Shown: positions 56,364-62,113 of the stretch, piece by piece
Numbering within the stretch: position 1 is the first letter of the stretch
Layout of the letters: each line of letters starts with the position of its first letter
IMG/VR virus record: IMGVR_UViG_3300021962_000103
Span: 1-62,113 of that record
Reading direction: 5' to 3' (one strand)
Length of the DNA: 62,113 nt
Source of the DNA: a virus
Taxonomy: Duplodnaviria > Caudoviricetes
Made by a program: the position numbers and the translations under genes
The notes under the pieces: model-generated
The model's input: the letters and a program-made list of their open reading frames with translations, nothing else
Database searches by the model: none
Told to the model about the DNA's origin: nothing

Positions 56364-58241
56364 TTATAATTTTGGTGTATATAATCTATTATGAACTAAT
56401 ACATTGTTAGCAAAAAAGTTGTGGTTGTTTTCAACATCTTGTAAATTATAAACAACAACTGGTTCGTTGATTTGATTGATGTTAACTATTTTAGAATTAC
56501 CATCAACTAATCTTAAAGTATCACCAATCTCAATCTTATTAACAGGTGTCTCTAAACTATATAATTTATTTGATAATCCATTATCATATGATGACCATCC
56601 TTTATTTTCAACATATAGTGGGTGGTCCAAAGTACATCTTACTATATCACCATTATCCAATTCGTATTCAACAGTTGCATCTACTTTTTTACTAAAAACA
56701 GCATTAACTACATTTGCTTCAACAACTTGGGTTAACATATTAAATGTTAATACCTCATCTCCATTAACAACATCTTCAATGTTTTTCATATCACCATTTG
56801 AAAGAGATATTTGTGTACCTGCAACAAAACAAGGTGAGTTGTGAGTTACGAATGAGTTGATTGGTGTTGAACCTGCAATAATATATGTATCAGTATCTTC
56901 TACATCTATTTCAACCAAACCAAAATCATCTTCATTTATTATTAAGATATCGGAGGTTGTAACTTGTGCCATCGAACCATCATAATCAATTAAATAATCG
57001 GTTGTTGCTTGAACATCTCGAGATTGTTTCCATACAATTGAATCCATTCCACTATCATAAACCAAGAATGATTTATATGTTGATACATACAAAGAATCCT
57101 CATTATTGTTTACGGTCAATCTACATAGTGTTTTATTTTCTAATGGTTTACTGTTTTTATAAATAACGGTTGATGTTGTTAACTCAGAACCAGATGGTAG
57201 TGTGTTTCCTTCTATTTTCCATGTAGGGTAAGTAAAATCATCTTCTGTTAAATCAGTACCACCAATGTAATATGATTTAATATCATCACCTACTGCAAGA
57301 TTACCTATTTCTATTTCAGTATCATCTGCTTTAATTACTAAATGTGTGTTTAATATACCATCAACTCTACCATCGTATTTAATAAAATTAGTTGCAAATT
57401 CATAGTAATGTTTTGCATCAATTCTATTTACATATTGATTATCATTATAAATTGGCTCAGTTGGTAATTCAAAAACAGAGTTTTCTTGAAACTGACCAAC
57501 ATGGATTAAAGATAAATCTGCACCATAAATTATTGAAAATGTTCTTATTGAGGAAACTCTATTATTCGATAGTGTTTCTAAACTTTTATGATATTTCTGA
57601 ATAAGAATATCTTCTCCTGTAACAGAATTAATAAATGAATTCCATCTAGTTTCGGATGTATCTGCTTCAGATTCGGCTCCTATTTTATAAAACCCAATTG
57701 CAGAATGACTTTCATCACTAATATTTTTTACTAAACAATCAGGTAAATTATTTGGATTAAACTCTCGTGTTAGTGTATCGGTAGTTGATAAAGAAGAAGA
57801 GTGATAGAATTCAGTCACCATATCCTCTTGATTATAATCCACAAATAATTGTAAAGTATTTAATGTTCCTTTTGCATATTCACTATCAAAAATAGCAGAT
57901 TCATCATATGCCATTCTTAGGATAAACAAATCATCCGCATCTTCAACAATAGTTGGATATATTCTAGTTACCTGTTCCTTTACTTCATTGAATTCTACAA
58001 TAAAAGGTGCATCGGATACTAAGTATTGTGCTAGTTTATTAACAATTTCCTGATGAATTACTGGTTTATGAATTACAGTAACTTTTGTAATATTATTAAG
58101 CTGTAATACATCTTTGAGATTATCAAAATTTAAATATGTTAAATTGTTTGCAGAAACGGTTGTATCGGTATTAACCTCTAACAATCTTAGATTACCGTTA
58201 TTATCTTCAACAAAATCCGCGGAAAAAAATGTTCCTTTCAT
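56364..58241 (-). CDS. ATP-grasp-like N-terminal domain fused to two tandem Hint (intein-like) domains
   Basis: N-terminal SADFVEDNNGNLRLLEVNT (ATP-grasp D...ExN); Hint-1 about aa 295-468 ending VTHN; SP; Hint-2 C471 FVAGT..CTLDHP..VYNL..NFFANNVLVHN618; tail RLYTPKL. Confidence 0.8.
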   Translation of the reverse strand: MKGTFFSADFVEDNNGNLRLLEVNTDTTVSANNLTYLNFDNLKDVLQLNNITKVTVIHKPVIHQEIVNKLAQYLVSDAPFIVEFNEVKEQVTRIYPTIVEDADDLFILRMAYDESAIFDSEYAKGTLNTLQLFVDYNQEDMVTEFYHSSSLSTTDTLTREFNPNNLPDCLVKNISDESHSAIGFYKIGAESEADTSETRWNSFINSVTGEDILIQKYHKSLETLSNNRVSSIRTFSIIYGADLSLIHVGQFQENSVFELPTEPIYNDNQYVNRIDAKHYYEFATNFIKYDGRVDGILNTHLVIKADDTEIEIGNLAVGDDIKSYYIGGTDLTEDDFTYPTWKIEGNTLPSGSELTTSTVIYKNSKPLENKTLCRLTVNNNEDSLYVSTYKSFLVYDSGMDSIVWKQSRDVQATTDYLIDYDGSMAQVTTSDILIINEDDFGLVEIDVEDTDTYIIAGSTPINSFVTHNSPCFVAGTQISLSNGDMKNIEDVVNGDEVLTFNMLTQVVEANVVNAVFSKKVDATVEYELDNGDIVRCTLDHPLYVENKGWSSYDNGLSNKLYSLETPVNKIEIGDTLRLVDGNSKIVNINQINEPVVVYNLQDVENNHNFFANNVLVHNRLYTPKL

Positions 58242-58268
58242 AATATTTTTTCTCTATTTTTATTCTTA

Positions 58269-58277
58269 TATAAATAT
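58269..58277 (-). promoter_or_regulatory. Putative late promoter ATATTTATA (one of at least 11 copies)
   Basis: Plus-strand TATAAATAT also at 601, 7911, 9022, 11036, 16312, 23932, 29323, 30181, 43776 and 61189, each just upstream of a minus-strand start. Confidence 0.7.
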
Positions 58278-58306
58278 AATAAACTTTAAATAAGTGATGT
58301 ATTTAA

Positions 58307-59047
58307 TCATTTTTTAATAGAACCTGATAAATTTGATGCAACTTCATAAAATTCTTCATACGCATCTAATAGAGTATCCACCACAGGATGTCTATGGTTT
58401 GTAAGTAAAGTATGTGAATCCATATCCTTAATTTTCTTTGCAGCAGATACCAAGAACTTAAATCCACTATCCCCTTTATATTTTAAATCCACTTGTTGTG
58501 TATCCCCACAAACTACCATCTTACTTCTTAATCCCAAACGAGATGTAATCATTTCCATTTGTTCATTGGTACAGTTCTGTGCCTCATCAACAATAATAAA
58601 TGAATCCAAGAAGGTTCTTCCTCTCATGAACGCAAGTGGTACAATCTCTACAATCCCATCTGCCAATATCTTATCTATTTTATCTTTATTATATAGTTGA
58701 TAGAAGTTTGCATAGATTGGTTGCATCCACGGCTCCATCTTTTCTCTTAAATCTCCCGGCAAGAAACCAATCTCTTCTTTTGATACGGTTGGACGAGTAA
58801 TGATTATTTGTTTAACTTCTTTCTTAAATAACATATCCAATGCAGTTTGACAAGCAAGAAGTGTTTTACCGCTGCCCGCTTTACCACTTAGTATTGTAAT
58901 TGCGTTACTTAGAATTTTTTCTTTTGCAACTTTTTGTTCATCATTGAGTTGTAATTGAAACTTGATTGGACCTTTAGGTCTTTTGATTTCTGCAATTTGT
59001 TCAGTCATTTCCTTGTGTTTGATGGATAAGTTCTCTCCCATATTCAA
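58307..59047 (-). CDS. phoH: PhoH-family ATPase
   Basis: GKAGSGKT; EIGFLPGDLREKMEPW; PLAFMRGRT; DEAQN; GDTQQVDL; RHPVV. Confidence 0.93.
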   Translation of the reverse strand: MNMGENLSIKHKEMTEQIAEIKRPKGPIKFQLQLNDEQKVAKEKILSNAITILSGKAGSGKTLLACQTALDMLFKKEVKQIIITRPTVSKEEIGFLPGDLREKMEPWMQPIYANFYQLYNKDKIDKILADGIVEIVPLAFMRGRTFLDSFIIVDEAQNCTNEQMEMITSRLGLRSKMVVCGDTQQVDLKYKGDSGFKFLVSAAKKIKDMDSHTLLTNHRHPVVDTLLDAYEEFYEVASNLSGSIKK

Positions 59048-59507
59048 TTAAATCTTTTTTGTGAATAATACCAAAACCTAACTTTTCCCAAAACTTAACG
59101 GCACGAATGTTCCATTCTTCTGTATAAAGTGTTATTGTATCGTAACCATTTTTAAATCTATCTGACATTGTTTGTTGGATGAACCATTGTGATTCACCTG
59201 TATTTCGTTCTTGTGATACGAACGCGTTATAAAGATATTCGCCAATATACCAAACATGACCTATTGGTGAATTATCTTTTAATAATAAAAATAAAATTTG
59301 ATTTCGGGATAACCGTTCGTTGGATTCATGTAGAGTCCACATATCATCCCATTTTATTTGGGAATTAAATTTTTGTATAGAAAGTTCTATATTGGTTTTG
59401 TGTGTATCAAAGTCAGTAACTTTAACAACTTCCAATTTAGAAGAATCTATATCAATTACTTTTAAATCATCTTGGTTTTTATATTCAAACCAAATTAGAC
59501 CACCCAT
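59001..59507 (-). CDS. GNAT-family acetyltransferase
   Basis: FVSQERN.G; LYTEEWNIRAVKFWEKLGF. Confidence 0.75.
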   Translation of the reverse strand: MGGLIWFEYKNQDDLKVIDIDSSKLEVVKVTDFDTHKTNIELSIQKFNSQIKWDDMWTLHESNERLSRNQILFLLLKDNSPIGHVWYIGEYLYNAFVSQERNTGESQWFIQQTMSDRFKNGYDTITLYTEEWNIRAVKFWEKLGFGIIHKKDLIEYGRELIHQTQGND

Positions 59508-59529
59508 ATAACTTGTTTTCTAATAAGTA

Positions 59530-59898
59530 TTAAATGAGATTCTTTTGTATCTTTCTCGAATCGTTTAATTGTTTTCTTGTAACTTTATTTTTCAAGTTAG
59601 TTTTGAACTTTTGTATTTCTGCACATCGTTCGTACATTTCCTTTTTTACAAACCATTCATTACAATAATCTAATACAATATCAAAATCATGTCTTTCAAT
59701 CATAACAACCGAACCAGCGTTTGTATGTACCACAAATGCTAAAGAATCTTTTCCATCTAAAATTGAGTTGTGTATGTTTTGTGCAATTTGCCAAAGTACA
59801 TCATTACCATTCTTATCCAAAAAGTTTTGAACAAATGGATTATCAGGTACTAAATATTTTTCCCAACCTACCGTTGTGAATGACCTTGTTGTTCTCAT
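59530..59898 (-). CDS. Hypothetical protein
   Basis: EMYERCAEI (UVR-like) segment. Confidence 0.6.
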   Translation of the reverse strand: MRTTRSFTTVGWEKYLVPDNPFVQNFLDKNGNDVLWQIAQNIHNSILDGKDSLAFVVHTNAGSVVMIERHDFDIVLDYCNEWFVKKEMYERCAEIQKFKTNLKNKVTRKQLNDSRKIQKNLI

Positions 59899-59910
59899 AA
59901 GTACCTCCTT

Positions 59911-61185
59911 TTATTTTAAATTTATTTTTACACTTGTTGATGATTGAGGTATAACTTGCATTCGTTTGGTCTCACCGCCCACTTTTATTGGATATGATAA
60001 ATCTGCAGGTTTAATATCACTTCCTGCTTGTGAAAATATAATTTGTAGAGCTTGTTTCACATGGGTTTGGTCATATTTTGTCACACCCATTTGACCTTTT
60101 GCTGCCAATAATAATCTATTCCAATCGGCGGTATCACCTTTAACTTCTCTTCCGAAAACATATTTTTTATCTTCAAATGCACCTCTATCTGATTCTCTTC
60201 CTAAAATGAATTCTAACCAAGAACCTTTAAACTTTCCAAGTGCGGACTGTAATTTATTAATTCCTGATGGTGATAATGATGCAACTATACCTCCGATTGC
60301 CAATCCAGCCAATCCACCAGTTATTACAGTAACTACGGCACCCAATGTAATCCCAAGGATAGCTCCAAATACACTACCACCAAAGAAACTATAAAGTTTT
60401 TTGCCAGGTGGAACTCTTTCACTTAAAATAGCCTCCACTAATTTTGGTATAATTTCTTCAGGTGGTAATGGTTGTAATCCTTCTTTTATTGTGGGTGGAT
60501 CTGGCAAGTCAAAACTATAATCTTCTCGAATAATTTCTGCACCAATTGCTTCGGGGTCAGGATCTTTATCTTTAATCATAGAATCATATTGAGTTTGAAC
60601 ACCTGCTCCCAAATCACCATCGGGTTTATATTCCCATGTTCCCAGCTGATTTATTGGTAACAACTCTATATCTTTTTCTTGTTTACTTACTAACCAATCG
60701 ATGTAAGTACAAATTTCTTCTTCATTATCAATTGTTGAAGTAATTTCGGTTTCACAATAAGCCTCAGTTATTTTAAATTTATTTAATAAATTATATTGTT
60801 TTAAGAAATTTAAATCCAAAGTAATGTTTGGAACTGCATAAGAATTAAACCATGGGTTTCGTTCATTATATGCTGCAATTAAATCATCATAAAATGCTTG
60901 TGATGTATATGATTTACCAGAAGATAAGTTAACAATAAATCTAAAGGATGTATTTTTAATAGGAATTATATTTAGTGAAACTGGGTCTACGAGTGGATAT
61001 GTTGTTTCATTTTCATCGTATATACCTTTTAATACAATATTTTTTTCCTTTGTTGATACAAGTTTAGATTTAGGAATACCCAGCTGATTAGATGGATAGT
61101 TATTACCCGGTGCTAATAAGGTTGACAACTTTCCAGTTGAATCATAGGTTGGTAATCCAATATTATCTAATGGTGTATATTTCAT
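59911..61185 (-). CDS. Hypothetical protein with glycine-zipper hydrophobic segment
   Basis: GGSVFGAILGITLGAVVTVITGGLAGLAIGGIVA; start re-assigned to MKYTP after ATATTTATA. Confidence 0.6.
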   Translation of the reverse strand: MKYTPLDNIGLPTYDSTGKLSTLLAPGNNYPSNQLGIPKSKLVSTKEKNIVLKGIYDENETTYPLVDPVSLNIIPIKNTSFRFIVNLSSGKSYTSQAFYDDLIAAYNERNPWFNSYAVPNITLDLNFLKQYNLLNKFKITEAYCETEITSTIDNEEEICTYIDWLVSKQEKDIELLPINQLGTWEYKPDGDLGAGVQTQYDSMIKDKDPDPEAIGAEIIREDYSFDLPDPPTIKEGLQPLPPEEIIPKLVEAILSERVPPGKKLYSFFGGSVFGAILGITLGAVVTVITGGLAGLAIGGIVASLSPSGINKLQSALGKFKGSWLEFILGRESDRGAFEDKKYVFGREVKGDTADWNRLLLAAKGQMGVTKYDQTHVKQALQIIFSQAGSDIKPADLSYPIKVGGETKRMQVIPQSSTSVKINLK

Positions 61186-61209
61186 ACCTATAAATATCAA
61201 AAAAGTGGA

Positions 61210-61362
61210 TTATTTAATCCACTCTTGATATGCCATTTCATATGAAGTTACTCTATCGTATCCTTCATTGAGATATTTTTGTGCAGTTTCCAGTATTTCT
61301 ACTCGTAATCCCAATGCCGAAGCTTCCATTAGGATTTCTTCAATTTGTTCTTCTGCTGTCAT
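61210..61362 (-). CDS. Hypothetical protein (50 aa)
   Basis: MTAEEQIEEILMEASALGLRVEILETAQKYLNEGYDRVTSYEMAYQEWIK; followed by hairpin at about 61199-61224. Confidence 0.6.
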   Translation of the reverse strand: MTAEEQIEEILMEASALGLRVEILETAQKYLNEGYDRVTSYEMAYQEWIK

Positions 61363-61366
61363 AATT

Positions 61367-61822
61367 TTAAATTAAATAATCATCGTAAAATCTTATATCA
61401 ACATCTGCTTCAATAAACATATCATAACTTCTTTCTTGGGATTCTGCCCAATGTTCTCCTTTAGTAACATCAACTCTTTCACAAAAAATTTGTTTAATAC
61501 CTGCATTGATAATTCCTCTGGCACAATCTGCACATGGCATACCACAACTCAAATACATTGTAGTACCTCTCGTAGATACACCTATTCTTGCTGCGTTGTA
61601 AATTGCATTTCGTTCTGCATGTTCAAACCAATAATACTTCTCTGGTCTTTCTTGTCTTGAATCGATTCTATCATCGATACCTCGTGGAAAAGAATTGTAT
61701 CCGGTTGATACAATCTCGTTATCCTCACCAACTATAACTACACCGATTTGTGTGTACTTATCTTTTGATTTTAGTTTGACAGTATTTGTCATCTGTCTAA
61801 AGTAGGTTACCCAATTCATCAT
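61367..61822 (-). CDS. dCMP deaminase
   Basis: STGYNSFPRG; HAERNAI; PCADC. Confidence 0.93.
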   Translation of the reverse strand: MMNWVTYFRQMTNTVKLKSKDKYTQIGVVIVGEDNEIVSTGYNSFPRGIDDRIDSRQERPEKYYWFEHAERNAIYNAARIGVSTRGTTMYLSCGMPCADCARGIINAGIKQIFCERVDVTKGEHWAESQERSYDMFIEADVDIRFYDDYLI

Positions 61823-62019
61823 TCTATTATTTGTGCTTCTTCGATTTTATTACAAAATAAATATACTCCTCTTTGGTTGTGTTTAAATGCAGAATCACAT
61901 CCCAACCATTCCCTAACACCTTGAGGGTCTTTAATTCGTTCGATTGGCCATTCTGCTAGAACTTGATAAAGATTATTATTAATCTTTTCTATTGGATATT
62001 TCCCAGTTGCGTATCTCAT
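61819..62019 (-). CDS. Hypothetical protein
   Basis: ORF track; overlaps the deaminase start. Confidence 0.6.
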   Translation of the reverse strand: MRYATGKYPIEKINNNLYQVLAEWPIERIKDPQGVREWLGCDSAFKHNQRGVYLFCNKIEEAQIIE

Positions 62020-62113
62020 TATTCCTCACTATTCCAAGAATCTATTCCTGTCTTTATAGTAACAAATAACATAACAATACCCCAACATTCAATTAGTGTA
62101 TAATGAGCATAAG

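Noticed and set aside
56388-56831. Hint-2 as an ordinary selfish intein
   Set aside because: No homing endonuclease, +1 residue is Arg, and it is not inserted in a conserved enzyme motif
369-61660. Numerous plus-strand ORFs in the ORF track (e.g. 1875..2372, 27617..27994, 29532..29939, 56476..56844)
   Set aside because: Antisense shadows of well-supported minus-strand genes; Ser/Phe/Leu-rich with no motifs
1-62113. Stop-codon reassignment, CRISPR array or IS element
   Set aside because: Genes are intact and densely packed in the standard code, with TAA, TAG and TGA all used as stops; no repeat-spacer array or transposase seen

Overview
AT-rich, gene-dense segment of a large contractile-tailed (myovirus-like) bacteriophage, with almost all genes on the minus strand. 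Recurrent TTTG-N19/20-TAnnTTT(G/A) promoters point to a Bacteroidota host. A T4 gp55-like sigma factor co-occurs with a repeated ATATTTATA motif upstream of structural genes. The window contains: (1) replication/repair genes (fused SbcD-SbcC, primase, RadD-like helicase, UV endonuclease, dCMP deaminase, 5'-nucleotidase); (2) a tail/baseplate module at about 7.9-29 kb (gp6-, gp25- and gp5-like proteins, GH19 and NlpC/P60-like hydrolases); (3) auxiliary genes (metK, def, iscA-like, Hsp20, phoH, PiT/PHO4-like transporter, carbamoyltransferase); (4) an operon of about 11 kb (47.5-58.3 kb). This operon starts with an ATP-grasp-like protein carrying two tandem Hint (intein-like) domains that flank tiny exteins (SP and RLYTPKL). 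It continues with a small peptide ORF, two SET-domain proteins, about seven 2OG-Fe(II) oxygenase-fold proteins, an SGNH hydrolase, an SDR, a sulfotransferase-like protein, a radical SAM enzyme and a GT-like protein. It is the best candidate for an undescribed system: a phage-encoded, Hint-released peptide plus tailoring enzymes. No tRNA, rRNA, CRISPR array or IS element was recognised. All family calls come from motif recognition by eye, not database searches.
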